From NCBI GenBank assembly GCA_032128115.1, contig JAQBHB010000041.1:1-64000 (forward strand): 64,000 bases of DNA, in the 5' to 3' direction. The stretch is from Deltaproteobacteria bacterium. GTDB lineage: Bacteria; Myxococcota_A; UBA9160; SMWR01. The position numbers and the translations under genes are program-made. Below the pieces are notes generated by a model, which was not told where the DNA came from, searched no databases, and worked only from the letters and a program-made list of their open reading frames with translations. Positions 38,928 through 49,012 of the stretch are shown here, one piece after another (the stretch's first letter is position 1; each line of letters starts with the position of its first letter).

Positions 38928-41900
38928 ATGACCCTTCGCTGCCCCGCCTGCGACCACGAGAACCGATCGGGCCGTCGCTTCTGCACCGAGTGCGGCTCGG
39001 GTCTCCCCCACCCGTGTCCGGCGTGCGGCGCCGAGAACGAGACCCGCGACAAATTCTGCGGCCAGTGCGGAGCGGCGCTCGTCGCGGGTCGGACCTACGC
39101 AGCGCCGACCTCCGCCGAGGCGGCGCCCGCCCCTCGCGACTACACCCCCCGGCACCTGGCCGAGAAGATTCTCACTTCGAAGAGTTCCCTGGAAGGCGAG
39201 CGCAAGAACGTCACGGTGCTCTTCGCCGACGTGGCCGGCTACACCTCGATTGCCGAGGCCTCGGACCCGGAAGCCATGCACGCGCTCATGGATCGCTTCT
39301 TCCAGCGCGTGCTGGCCGAGGTACACCGGGTCGAAGGCACGGTAAACCAGTTCACCGGCGACGGTGTGATGGCGCTGTTCGGGGCGCCGATTGCCCTGGA
39401 AGACGCGCCGCGGCGCGCCGTGTTGGCCGCCCGCGCAATCCAGCGGGCCATCGAGCCCCTGGGCGACGAAGTCCGCGAACGCCTGGGTGTGGACTTCCGC
39501 GTGCGCATCGGGATCCACACCGGGCCGGTGGTGGTGGGGCGCATCGGCGACGACCTGCGCATGGACTACACGGCTGTGGGGGATACCACGAACCTGGCCG
39601 CACGCCTGCAGCAGTTGGCCGAACCCGGCGCGATCTTGATCTCCAGGGCCACCCAGCAACGGGTCGACCCGTTCTTCGAATTGACCGACCTGGGAGAGCT
39701 GGCCGTGAAGGGCAAGGCGCAACCGGTTCGCGCCTTCCAGGTCGGGGCCGAACGCCCGGTGAGCGGTCGCGTGGAAGCGGGCGCCGGCGCGGGCCTCACG
39801 CCGCTGGTGGGGCGCGAGCGCGATCTGGCGACCGTGGCGTCGGCCTTCGACGCCGCCAGGAGCGGACGCGGCCAGGTGGCATTCCTGGTGGGCGACGCGG
39901 GCATCGGAAAATCGCGTCTTCTCTACGAGTTCCGGAGTCGGCTGGCCGATCGACCCCACACCTGGTTCGAGGGACGCTGCGCGGCGTACGCGCGAGCCAG
40001 CGCCTTCCAGCCCGTCGTGGACGGCCTGAAGCGACTCTTCGGAATCGAAGACCGCGACGACGACGCCAGCATGCTCGCCAAGATCGATGACGGCATCGCG
40101 GCGGCACCCGGCGAACTGGCCTGGACGATCCCATTCGTGCGCGTGCTGCTCTCGCTACCCGCCGGGGATCCCGCCGTCGAAGCCATGGACGCCGCCGGAC
40201 GCCGCAGCGAGAGCATCCGCGCGTTGTACGCCTTCTTCTTCGCCTACGCTGAGGCCGCCCCCCTGGTGTTCGTGATCGAGGACCTGCACTGGATCGACCC
40301 GGCGTCCGAGGAATTCCTGGGCTTCCTGTCGGATTCGCTGCCAGCCTCCAAGGTGCTCGCGGTCTACACCCACCGCCCGGGCTATCGCCACCCCCTCGGT
40401 GACCGCAGCTACCACGTGCGGGTGGCGTTGCAGCCGCTCTCGACCCACGAGATGACGACCATGGCCGGAGTCCTGATGGAATCGGGAAGGCTTCCGGAGG
40501 CGCTGGGGGAGTTGATCGCCTCCAAGGCCGAGGGAAATCCATTCTTCGTCGAAGAAGTCACCAAGTCGCTGCTTGACGACGGGGCTGTTCGCATCGTCGA
40601 CGGCAGAGTCGAGCTGGCGCGCGATCTCTCGGAGATCTCGGTGCCTGACAGCATTCACGACGTCTTGATGGCGCGAATCGACCGACTGTCCGACGAGCCC
40701 AAGCACGCCATCCAGGTGGCCTCCGTCATCGGTCGCGAGTTTGCCCTGCGCCTGCTGCAGCGCATCACCGACGCAGGCGACGCGGCGTCGGCGGCGGTAG
40801 AGGAGCTGCGCTCGCTCGAGCTGATCTACGAGAAAGCGGCGCACCCGGAACTGGCGTTCATGTTCAAGCACGCGCTCACCCACGACGTGGCGTACGAGAG
40901 TGTCCTGGTCCAGCGGCGGCGGGCCCTGCACCAGATCGTGGGGACCGCCATCGAGGACCTCTACCAGGATCGCCTGGCCGAACACTACGAATCGCTGGCG
41001 CACCACTTCGCCCGGGCCGAAGACTGGGAGCGGGCGTTCCTCTACCACGGGCAGGCCGCCGAGAAGGCCGCCGCCGCCTACGCGAACCATTCGGCGGCCG
41101 AGCACTACCGGGAGGCCCTGGCCATCGCCGGGCGCCTGGGCGACAGCGTGTCCCGATCGCTTCTGCAACGGCTGAGCGAGGGGCTGGGCAGCGTGCTGTG
41201 GCTGCTGTCGTATTTCGATCAATCGGGCGATGCCCAGCTGCGCTCCGCCGAGTGGGCCGACAACCCTGCGACGCGCGCCCGGAACCTGGCCTGGGCAGGC
41301 CACGGGAAACTCTGGGGCCACGACTACGCCGAGGCTCGCGCGTGCGCCGAGCGTGCCATCGAAGTCTCCCGCGAACACGACCTGCCCGGCGCCCATGCCC
41401 TGGCCCTCGCCTGTCTGGACGAAGACGACCTGGTGCACGGGCGCGTCACCGACGACTCGCTGGCGGCCGAGGCCATGCGCCTGGCGGAGATCTCGGGCGA
41501 CCCGGAGGCCCGGATCCTGGCCCTGCAGCAGATGTTGCAGCGCCTGGAGTGGCGGGGGGAATTCCGCGAGGCCCTGAAGGTGGGCAAAGCCGCCATCGCC
41601 ATCGCGCAGGAAAAGCGGCTCAGTACCCTTGCAGTGTTTCCGTCGTGGTTCTGCGGGCTCGCACTCACCTGCCTGGGCGATTACGGAACGGCGCTCGAGT
41701 GGATGCAGGGTTCGCTGGACGTGTGCGGGCGCCTGGGCGACCGCGCACTCTCGGCGCGGGTGCTCAATACCCTGGGCTGGTGCTATGCGGAGTTCGGCGC
41801 ACACGATCGCGCCAGCGAGTTCAACCGCCGCGGCGAGGAGATGGCCCGCGAGATCGTAGAGCTACAGGTGGTGGCGAGCGCTCCGGAGCTCCACGCCAAC

Positions 41901-42458
41901 GCCGCGATCAACCTGGCCGGCAACTACGTGGCCATGGGAGATCCGGAGCGTGCCGACGCCCTGGTGCTGCCCATCCGGGAAGAGCTATCCAAGCCTGGCG
42001 ATCCGTGGCAACGCTGGCGCTACTCCATGCATGTCAGCCACGCGTTGGCCCGGGTGGCGCTGGCGCGGCACGACCCGGAGACGGTGCTGCGACTCACCCA
42101 GGAGGAGTTGGACGCCGCCCGGGCCAACCCCTCGCGAAAGATCGAGGCACGGGCGCTCGAGCTTCGCGGTCGCGCCCTCCTGATGAAGGACGAGCGAGAC
42201 GTCGCCGAGGAAACCCTGCACCGGGCGCTCGAGATCGCCGTCGCCATCGAGTACCCGCCGGTCCAGTGGCGCGCCCACGCACTCCTGGCGGAGCTCTGGC
42301 GCCGGCGTGACGACGCGCCCCGGGTGGAACGCAGCCTGGCCTCGGTGCGCACGCTGATCCGGCACCTGGGCAGGTCCATCCCCGACCCGGATCTCCAGCG
42401 CGGGTTCCGGGGGCTGGCCGATCGCCTGGAAGCCGACCCGTTCGCCGCCTGTCGCTGA
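38928..42458 (+). CDS. Double zinc ribbon - class III nucleotidyl cyclase - STAND (AAA_16) ATPase - TPR protein
   Basis: Four CxxC pairs; FADVAGYT, FTGDG, GIHTG, GDTTNLAARL; Walker A GDAGIGKS, Walker B VIEDLHW; GNPFF; FKHAL; helical repeats. Confidence 0.93.
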   Translation: MTLRCPACDHENRSGRRFCTECGSGLPHPCPACGAENETRDKFCGQCGAALVAGRTYAAPTSAEAAPAPRDYTPRHLAEKILTSKSSLEGERKNVTVLFADVAGYTSIAEASDPEAMHALMDRFFQRVLAEVHRVEGTVNQFTGDGVMALFGAPIALEDAPRRAVLAARAIQRAIEPLGDEVRERLGVDFRVRIGIHTGPVVVGRIGDDLRMDYTAVGDTTNLAARLQQLAEPGAILISRATQQRVDPFFELTDLGELAVKGKAQPVRAFQVGAERPVSGRVEAGAGAGLTPLVGRERDLATVASAFDAARSGRGQVAFLVGDAGIGKSRLLYEFRSRLADRPHTWFEGRCAAYARASAFQPVVDGLKRLFGIEDRDDDASMLAKIDDGIAAAPGELAWTIPFVRVLLSLPAGDPAVEAMDAAGRRSESIRALYAFFFAYAEAAPLVFVIEDLHWIDPASEEFLGFLSDSLPASKVLAVYTHRPGYRHPLGDRSYHVRVALQPLSTHEMTTMAGVLMESGRLPEALGELIASKAEGNPFFVEEVTKSLLDDGAVRIVDGRVELARDLSEISVPDSIHDVLMARIDRLSDEPKHAIQVASVIGREFALRLLQRITDAGDAASAAVEELRSLELIYEKAAHPELAFMFKHALTHDVAYESVLVQRRRALHQIVGTAIEDLYQDRLAEHYESLAHHFARAEDWERAFLYHGQAAEKAAAAYANHSAAEHYREALAIAGRLGDSVSRSLLQRLSEGLGSVLWLLSYFDQSGDAQLRSAEWADNPATRARNLAWAGHGKLWGHDYAEARACAERAIEVSREHDLPGAHALALACLDEDDLVHGRVTDDSLAAEAMRLAEISGDPEARILALQQMLQRLEWRGEFREALKVGKAAIAIAQEKRLSTLAVFPSWFCGLALTCLGDYGTALEWMQGSLDVCGRLGDRALSARVLNTLGWCYAEFGAHDRASEFNRRGEEMAREIVELQVVASAPELHANAAINLAGNYVAMGDPERADALVLPIREELSKPGDPWQRWRYSMHVSHALARVALARHDPETVLRLTQEELDAARANPSRKIEARALELRGRALLMKDERDVAEETLHRALEIAVAIEYPPVQWRAHALLAELWRRRDDAPRVERSLASVRTLIRHLGRSIPDPDLQRGFRGLADRLEADPFAACR

Positions 42459-42521
42459 CGCCCCGCCGATCCGGCCGTCGCCGACGGTGACTTTTCCAGG
42501 TCATGCGTCTAGGCTGGGGGC

Positions 42522-43760
42522 GTGCCCGTCGAGATCACCTGTCCCGAGGTCTTCGGGGTCACCGAGTCGAGCCTGACCCTTGCCTTCGACGTAACGGAGG
42601 GCCCCCGCGCCCTGGACCTCGAAGCCCGCGTGCTCCTGAACGATCAGGTGCACGCCGTCTCCGAAGGCATGGGAACGCGGCTGGTCCGCATGGAAGGGCT
42701 CGAACCGGACACCACCTACCGCATCCGCATCCAGGTGGGTGGCGCCCCGGAAGCGGCGAACGACCGCTACTTCCCCGAAGCCGTCACGACGCTACCGACC
42801 GCACCGGGCGCTCCGGTGGGCTCGTTCGCCACCCTGAACGATCTCCACTTCGGCGAACTCCGCTTCGGCGGCATGCTCGCCCCCGACGGCGAGTTCGCCG
42901 GCGAAGCGCCGGGCTTCGGCATCGCCAAGGCCACGGACACGGATGTGCCCTACTGGCGCTTCATGAACGAGGACGCCATCGCCGAGATCAACGAGACCGG
43001 CGTGGACCTCACGATCATCAAGGGCGACATCGCCGATCGGGGGCGTCCGGAACAATTCGAGGACGCGGCCGCGGCGTTCTCCGGATTCTCCATGCCCCAC
43101 CACGCCTTCCTGGGAAACCACGACTACTACGGGCTCGAGGCGGGCCTCGATGTCGACGGATACGCCCTGTTGGGGCAGCCGCGCGCGCCGCGCAGTCTCG
43201 ATCTCGGCGGTTGGCGCCTGGTGCTGCTGGAAACGGTGGAGCCCGGCGAGCACCACGGCGTGTTCGGCGAGGAGCGACTTCGCTGGCTCGACGAGACACT
43301 CCGCGAGACCCGCGAAACGCGCACGCCCACAATGCTCTTCATGCACCACCACCCGGTGCCGCCCGAATTTCGCAATGGCTACCCCAATACCATCGGGATC
43401 GATCCGGAGCACTCGGTGCGCCTGTTCGACACCCTGGGAAGTCACCCCCAGGTTCGCGGCGTGCTGATCGGCCACACCCACCGCAATCGTATTCGACATT
43501 ACTCGGAGTCGGGCCCGATCCCGTTCATCGAGGTGAATTGCACCAAGGACTACCCCGGCGGCTTCGCCCACTATCGACTCTTCGAGGACGGGAGCTTCCG
43601 CCAGGAGGTGAGGCGCACGTCCAGCGAACGGGCACTGGCCCACTCGTCGCGCTGCCGTGATTTCTTCAAGGGGGGCTACCGGAACTTCGCCCTGGGCGCT
43701 CTCGAGACCCGAAGCTTCGCCGTGGGAGAGCCCCGGAGCCGGACCGGAGCGGGAGTCTAG
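42522..43760 (+). CDS. FN3 + calcineurin-like metallophosphoesterase (CpdA/Icc-like cyclic nucleotide phosphodiesterase)
   Basis: GLEPDTTYRI FN3 strand; NDLH, KGDIAD, GNHD, MHHH, GHTH motifs. Confidence 0.85.
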   Translation: MPVEITCPEVFGVTESSLTLAFDVTEGPRALDLEARVLLNDQVHAVSEGMGTRLVRMEGLEPDTTYRIRIQVGGAPEAANDRYFPEAVTTLPTAPGAPVGSFATLNDLHFGELRFGGMLAPDGEFAGEAPGFGIAKATDTDVPYWRFMNEDAIAEINETGVDLTIIKGDIADRGRPEQFEDAAAAFSGFSMPHHAFLGNHDYYGLEAGLDVDGYALLGQPRAPRSLDLGGWRLVLLETVEPGEHHGVFGEERLRWLDETLRETRETRTPTMLFMHHHPVPPEFRNGYPNTIGIDPEHSVRLFDTLGSHPQVRGVLIGHTHRNRIRHYSESGPIPFIEVNCTKDYPGGFAHYRLFEDGSFRQEVRRTSSERALAHSSRCRDFFKGGYRNFALGALETRSFAVGEPRSRTGAGV

Positions 43761-43762
43761 CC

Positions 43763-44512
43763 GTGGCAGGACTGGTGGAAGGCAAGGTCGCGCTGGTCAC
43801 CGGAGCCGCGTCCGGAATCGGGCGCGCCACGGCGCAGGCCCTGGCGCGCGAGGGTGCTCGCGTGATGCTGTCGGACCTGGATGACGACGCGGGCCAGAAG
43901 GCTGCCGCGACGCTGCCAGGGGCCCGCTACGTGCACTGCGACGTGACGAGCGAAGACGGCGTGAAGGCCATGGTTGCCGCAACCCTCGACGCCTACGGGC
44001 GACTGGATTGCGCCGTCAACAATGCGGGCATTACGCCGCTGCCAGGCCCGCTCCACGAGCTTGCGCTCGACGAATGGAACCGCACCTTGACGATCAACCT
44101 CACCAGCGTCTTCTTGTGCATGAAGTACGAGATCCCCGTGATGCAGAAGCAGGGCGTCGGGTCCATCGTCAACATGGCCTCGGGAGCGGGGATCGTGCCC
44201 ACACCCGGCCTGGTGAGCTACTGCGCGTCGAAGCACGGCGTGCTGGGGATCACCAAGACCGCCGCGGTGGAGAACGCGACCACCGGGGTGCGGGTGAACG
44301 CCCTGTGCCCAGGCTGCATCGACACGCCCATGCTGCGCACCACCATGGATCGCGACCCAAAAATCGAGAAGATGATCCTGGCCTCGCTTCCGGGCGGCCG
44401 CCTGGGAAACCCGGAGGAAGTTGCTGAAGCGGCGGTGTGGCTGTGCTCGGATCGCGCATCGTTCATCTCCGGCGATTCGATGCTGGTGGACGGCGCCGCG
44501 GTGGCGCGCTAG
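43763..44512 (+). CDS. SDR family oxidoreductase
   Basis: TGAASGIG, AVNNAG, YCASKHG, LCPG, VDG. Confidence 0.92.
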   Translation: MAGLVEGKVALVTGAASGIGRATAQALAREGARVMLSDLDDDAGQKAAATLPGARYVHCDVTSEDGVKAMVAATLDAYGRLDCAVNNAGITPLPGPLHELALDEWNRTLTINLTSVFLCMKYEIPVMQKQGVGSIVNMASGAGIVPTPGLVSYCASKHGVLGITKTAAVENATTGVRVNALCPGCIDTPMLRTTMDRDPKIEKMILASLPGGRLGNPEEVAEAAVWLCSDRASFISGDSMLVDGAAVAR

Positions 44513-44526
44513 CTCGAAGCGTCGCA

Positions 44527-45396
44527 GTGAAATTCATCACGTCGCTGGCCTTCCAGGACCCCACCCACGCCTGCTCCGTGGCGCGGGTCGCCGACGAGTG
44601 CGGCTGGGACGGAGTCATGGTCTCGGACCATGTCGTGCACCCGGAGAAGATCGAGTCGCCCTATCCCTATACCCGGGATGGCGCTCCCCGTTGGGAGGCG
44701 CCGGCTCCCTGGCCCGACCCCTGGGTCGCCATCGGCGCGATGGCCGCAGTGACCGAGCGGCTGCGCTTCTACACCGGCATCTACGTGCTGCCCCTGCGCA
44801 ATCCCTTCGTCGTGGCCAAAGCCATCGGAACGGCGGCCGTCATGTCGAACAACCGCGTGGTGCTTGGCGTGGGCGCGGGATGGATGCGCGAGGAGTTCGA
44901 GCTGCTGGAACAGGGCTTTCGGCAGCGAGGCCGGCGCATGGACGAAATGATCCAGGTGATCCGCCTTCTCTGGGGCGGCGGCATGGTGGAGCACCACGGC
45001 GAGTTCTACGACTTCGATCGCCTCCAGATGAGCCCGGCGCCCAGTGAGCCGATTCCCCTGTTGGCGGGCGGCCTGTCCGAGCCGGCGCTGCGCCGCGTGG
45101 GTCGCCTGGGCGACGGTTGGATCTCCGATATCCACACCCGCGAGGAACTCCGTCAGATCGTGGAACGCATCCGCGCCTATCGGGCCGAGTACGGTCGTGC
45201 GGACGAGTCCCTGCAGATCGTGGCCGCCTGCTCCGACACCTTCGACGTGGACGGCTTTCGCCGCCTGGAGGACGCGGGCGTCACCCACCTGCAGACCATG
45301 CCCTGGTTCTTGTACGGCGGCTCCTCCGATTCCCTGCAGGACAAGATCGACGGCCTGCGCCGCTTCGCCGACCAGATCATCGCCAAGCTGCGTTAG
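44527..45396 (+). CDS. LLM-class (probably F420-dependent) oxidoreductase
   Basis: VSDHVV, PDPWV, LPLRNP, GVGAGWMREEF, GDGW. Confidence 0.88.
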   Translation: MKFITSLAFQDPTHACSVARVADECGWDGVMVSDHVVHPEKIESPYPYTRDGAPRWEAPAPWPDPWVAIGAMAAVTERLRFYTGIYVLPLRNPFVVAKAIGTAAVMSNNRVVLGVGAGWMREEFELLEQGFRQRGRRMDEMIQVIRLLWGGGMVEHHGEFYDFDRLQMSPAPSEPIPLLAGGLSEPALRRVGRLGDGWISDIHTREELRQIVERIRAYRAEYGRADESLQIVAACSDTFDVDGFRRLEDAGVTHLQTMPWFLYGGSSDSLQDKIDGLRRFADQIIAKLR

Positions 45397-45423
45397 GGCC
45401 ATCTCTGGTATAGATCCGCAGCG

Positions 45424-48400
45424 ATGGGCCATCCGTTCGGATTCCCCTGGCACCTGGTCGTGGACGTCCGGAGGCGCGAGCGCTCGCGGTTCCTGTTCTT
45501 CGCGGGCCTGGCCGCTCTCGTGAGTGCCGCCCAGACCCTGGGGCTGGTGGGATCGGAAGCCCTCTTCCTGTCCCGCTTCGGAGCCGTCCGACTCCCCGAG
45601 GCCTTTATCGCCGCCGCTTCCGTCACGGTGGTGGGCACCTTCGGATACGCCACCGCCGTGGGCCGCCTGCGCAACGACGGACTCTTCCTCCAGATGGCAC
45701 TGGGCTCGGCGGTCCTGCTGGTGGGAGCGGCCTGGGTCGCCGACGCGTCGCCGGACCTCGTGCTCCCGGCGCTCTTCTGCTTCTACTATCTGTCCCAGGC
45801 GATCTTCATGAACCACTTCTTCACCTTCGCCGGCGACTACTTCGACACCGCCAGCAGCAAACGCCTGTTCCCGCGCTTCACGATCGCCGCGAGCCTGGGC
45901 AGTGCAGTGGGCGCGGGACTGGCGGTGGCGGTGGCGCGATTCAGCGACCCGCTGCTGCTCATCGGCGCGTGGGGGGCGGGGTTGGGAGTGGGCGCCCTGC
46001 TGCTTCGCCTGGGTCGGCGACCCCTGCGACGCTGGGGCCCGCTGGAACTCGAGGAGGCGGACGAGACGTCCGTCGAAGGCATGCAGGGAGCGGTGCGTTT
46101 CCTGCGCGCCACTTCTCTCGGCCGGACCCTCGCGCTGTCGGCCGCCGGGATGGTGCTGGCGCTCTTCGTCGCCCAGTACCTGTACTCGGGTGTCTTCGTG
46201 GAGCGGTTTCGCGAACCGAGCCGCCTGGCCACATTCCTGGGGCTCTACCTGCTGATCACCAACGCGGTCGAGATCGTCATCGGCTTCGGGTTGACGCCCC
46301 GGTTGATCCGGCGCCTGGGTGTGCCCAGCGCCAACCTGGTGCATCCGGTTCTCAGCTTGCTGAGCTTCGTCGGCCTGGGCTTCCAATACGGCTACGCCAG
46401 TGCGGTGGCCGCGCGCGTGAACCGCGAGATGGTCGACAACTCCATGGGGTTCCCGATCCGGTCGTTGGTGATCAACGCCCTGCCCCTGCGTTTTCGCGGC
46501 CGGGTGCGCGCGTTTCTCGAGGGCGTGGTGGTGTACGTGGGCATGGCGGCGGCGGGACTGCTGCTTCTGGTGCTTGGCGACCCGGACCCGCAGCTGCTGT
46601 GTCTGGCCGGGGGCGCCGCCGCCCTGGTCTTCCTGGCTGCCAACGTGCGGGTACGCCGCGAGTACGTGCTCGCCCTGGATGGCGCCATGCGCAGGGGTCA
46701 GCTGGACATCGAAGAGGTGAGCGACGAGCTCGGCCGCTGGGAGGCCTCGCGCCTGGCGGATCTGTGGGAGGCGCTGCTGGCCGACACCGAGGGCGGGGCC
46801 ATGGAGCCCCTGCTGAAGCTGGTGCCCAGCCTGGCCGCCCGCGGCATCCACGCGCCGCTGGTTCGCGCCGCCTCGCATCCGAACCCCGGCGTGCGCAGGG
46901 CCTGCCTCGAAGCCCTGGCGACCCACGCCCGCGATGAAACCGGGGGCACCCTGGCCCTGGCCCTGGACGACCCGGACGCAGAGGTGCGGATCACAGCCCT
47001 GCGCGGACTCGCGGCCCTCCAGAGCGCCGAGAGCTTCCTGGCCCCGCGGCTGCGCGAACTGGTGAGCGATCCCGACCCGCGGGTGCGCGCCGAGGCGGCG
47101 CTCCAGACCGGCGACAAGGGCCTGGCGGCGCTGGCCGCGCAGATCGGATCGGACGATCCGCTGGCCGCCACATCGGCGCTACGGGTGGCCCCCGCCGAGC
47201 TGCTTCACGCCGTGCTCCGCCGGGTACACGACACACACCCGGGGGTGCGTTCGGCGGCCCTGGAGCGAACCGCCGTCATTTCCGAGCGAGCTCCCCTTTC
47301 CGGCGATGCCCTCGGCGAATTGCTGCAGGATCCCGACGCCCGCGTGCGGCGGGCGGGCGCGATCCTGGTGGCCACCTTTCCCGGCGGCGACGCCGCCGCC
47401 CGACTGGCGGACGCCCTGGCGGACATCGCGCCCCCGGTCCGGCTCGAATGCCAGCGCGCTCTCTGCGCCATGGGCGACGCGGGGGTTGCGGCGGTCCGGC
47501 CGCTGCTCCGCTGCGAACGCGAGCGCCTGATCGAAGCCGCGCTTCCGATCCTGGCCGCCGCCCCGGGCGCGAGTCAGGAGCTCGGGCGCGAGCTGCACTG
47601 GCGGGTTCGCGAGCTGTGGATCGACGTGGTGGCCCATCAGCACCTGCCCCGCGGCGAGGACCTGGCCTCGCGCTTTCTGCTCGTCGCTTATCGCGACGCC
47701 ATCGCGCGTCACGAGAGACTCACGTTCAAGATCCTCGAGTTTCTGGTCGGGGCGCCGTTGATCCGACGGGTGGAACGCGCGCTGCGCTTCGGCTCGCCCC
47801 GTGCACGCGGCGACGCCCTGGAGGTGCTCTCGAACCTGGGCGATCGCGGCTCGGCATCGCTTCTGGCACTGCTGCACGAGGCGGGTCCACTCGATGAGCG
47901 GACCGCCCAGGCTTCGAAGCTGTTGGAGCTACCCGCCGACACGGCGCAGGTGCTGGAGCGTTCCCGTCGCAGCCAGTCGCATTGGATCCGGTTGGCGGCG
48001 AACGCCCTTTTCGACGACGATTTCGAGCCCCGGGAGGTGGATGTCATGGAGAGACTTCTGGCCCTGCGACGCGTACCGCTGTTCGCCACGCTGAGCCTCG
48101 AGCAGCTGGAGGCCCTGCAGCGGATCGCGAAGGAAGTGGAATACCTGCGGGGCGAAATCATCTGCCGCGAAGGCGAACCCGGCAGCGAACTGTTCGTGGT
48201 GATGGACGGGGACGTACGGATCGTGAAGAGTCATGGTGAGCCCGACGAAACTCCCCTCACCTTGTACCGAGCGGGAGGCTATTTCGGCGAGATGGCGATC
48301 TTCGGGGGCGAACGGCGGACCGCCACCGCCAGGGCCGAAGAGACGTCGCGGGTTCTGAGCATCGATGGTCGCAGTCTCAAGGAGCTGATCCTCCAGATGC

Positions 48401-48477
48401 CGGAAATCTCCTTCGAGATCTTCCGCGAGCTGACACAGCGGGTACGAAAGGCCGAAGAACGAAGCACCCAGCGCTGA
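45424..48477 (+). CDS. Npt/TLC-like MFS transporter fused to HEAT repeats and a cyclic-nucleotide-binding domain
   Basis: About 410-aa multi-TM N-terminus (KRLFP, RFRGRVRAFLEG); several D.D..VR..A HEAT repeats; C-terminal LRRVPLF...EGEPG..LF...FGEMA...RTATARA. Confidence 0.85.
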   Translation: MGHPFGFPWHLVVDVRRRERSRFLFFAGLAALVSAAQTLGLVGSEALFLSRFGAVRLPEAFIAAASVTVVGTFGYATAVGRLRNDGLFLQMALGSAVLLVGAAWVADASPDLVLPALFCFYYLSQAIFMNHFFTFAGDYFDTASSKRLFPRFTIAASLGSAVGAGLAVAVARFSDPLLLIGAWGAGLGVGALLLRLGRRPLRRWGPLELEEADETSVEGMQGAVRFLRATSLGRTLALSAAGMVLALFVAQYLYSGVFVERFREPSRLATFLGLYLLITNAVEIVIGFGLTPRLIRRLGVPSANLVHPVLSLLSFVGLGFQYGYASAVAARVNREMVDNSMGFPIRSLVINALPLRFRGRVRAFLEGVVVYVGMAAAGLLLLVLGDPDPQLLCLAGGAAALVFLAANVRVRREYVLALDGAMRRGQLDIEEVSDELGRWEASRLADLWEALLADTEGGAMEPLLKLVPSLAARGIHAPLVRAASHPNPGVRRACLEALATHARDETGGTLALALDDPDAEVRITALRGLAALQSAESFLAPRLRELVSDPDPRVRAEAALQTGDKGLAALAAQIGSDDPLAATSALRVAPAELLHAVLRRVHDTHPGVRSAALERTAVISERAPLSGDALGELLQDPDARVRRAGAILVATFPGGDAAARLADALADIAPPVRLECQRALCAMGDAGVAAVRPLLRCERERLIEAALPILAAAPGASQELGRELHWRVRELWIDVVAHQHLPRGEDLASRFLLVAYRDAIARHERLTFKILEFLVGAPLIRRVERALRFGSPRARGDALEVLSNLGDRGSASLLALLHEAGPLDERTAQASKLLELPADTAQVLERSRRSQSHWIRLAANALFDDDFEPREVDVMERLLALRRVPLFATLSLEQLEALQRIAKEVEYLRGEIICREGEPGSELFVVMDGDVRIVKSHGEPDETPLTLYRAGGYFGEMAIFGGERRTATARAEETSRVLSIDGRSLKELILQMPEISFEIFRELTQRVRKAEERSTQR

Positions 48478-48534
48478 CTTGCGCCTTCCCCCCCTGCGGC
48501 CCATCCTTCCGGGCCGGGGGGGGATTCGTTCCAG

Positions 48535-48990
48535 GTGATCACCACCGTGATGTCCGCGGTGATCGGCGCCGAACGCGATCGCGTGTGGCGTGCGCTCACC
48601 GTGCCCGACGAGATGATCCGCTGGGACGCGCGGATGGTCGCCATTCTCGACTCGCCAGAGGGTTACCCCCGGATCGGCGAGAAGGTCCGCTGGCGCTACC
48701 GCCTGGGAAAGATTCCGATCATCCTCACCGAACGGCCCCTGGAGGTTGCGCCCGGCGAGCGGCTGCGGGCCGCGATCACGCTGGGACTCATCCGCTTCGA
48801 AGAGACGTACACCCTGGACCTGGAAAATGACGCGGCGCGGCAAACCCGGCTCACGCTCAAGCTCTGCGCCAAGAGCGAGGTTCCCATGATGGGTGGAGTG
48901 GTGGACCGCTTCGACGTGCGACGCATGGCCACGGAGCTGATCGACGAACGCCTGCGGTCGGTCCAGAAATGGTGCGAGGAGCAGCCCTGA
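48535..48990 (+). CDS. SRPBCC family protein
   Basis: I.A..DRVWRALT.P.....W N-terminus; C-terminal helix L..VQKWCE. Confidence 0.75.
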   Translation: MITTVMSAVIGAERDRVWRALTVPDEMIRWDARMVAILDSPEGYPRIGEKVRWRYRLGKIPIILTERPLEVAPGERLRAAITLGLIRFEETYTLDLENDAARQTRLTLKLCAKSEVPMMGGVVDRFDVRRMATELIDERLRSVQKWCEEQP

Positions 48991-49012
48991 CGCCCCGCCC
49001 GGGGCCCGCTAC

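Noticed and set aside
38928..43760. STAND cyclase plus phosphoesterase as an antiphage system (Pycsar/Avs/CBASS-like)
   Set aside because: The architecture matches the widespread zinc-ribbon/cyclase/AAA/TPR signalling proteins. There is no toxic effector and no defence-island context, and composition looks native. Not excluded, but unsupported.
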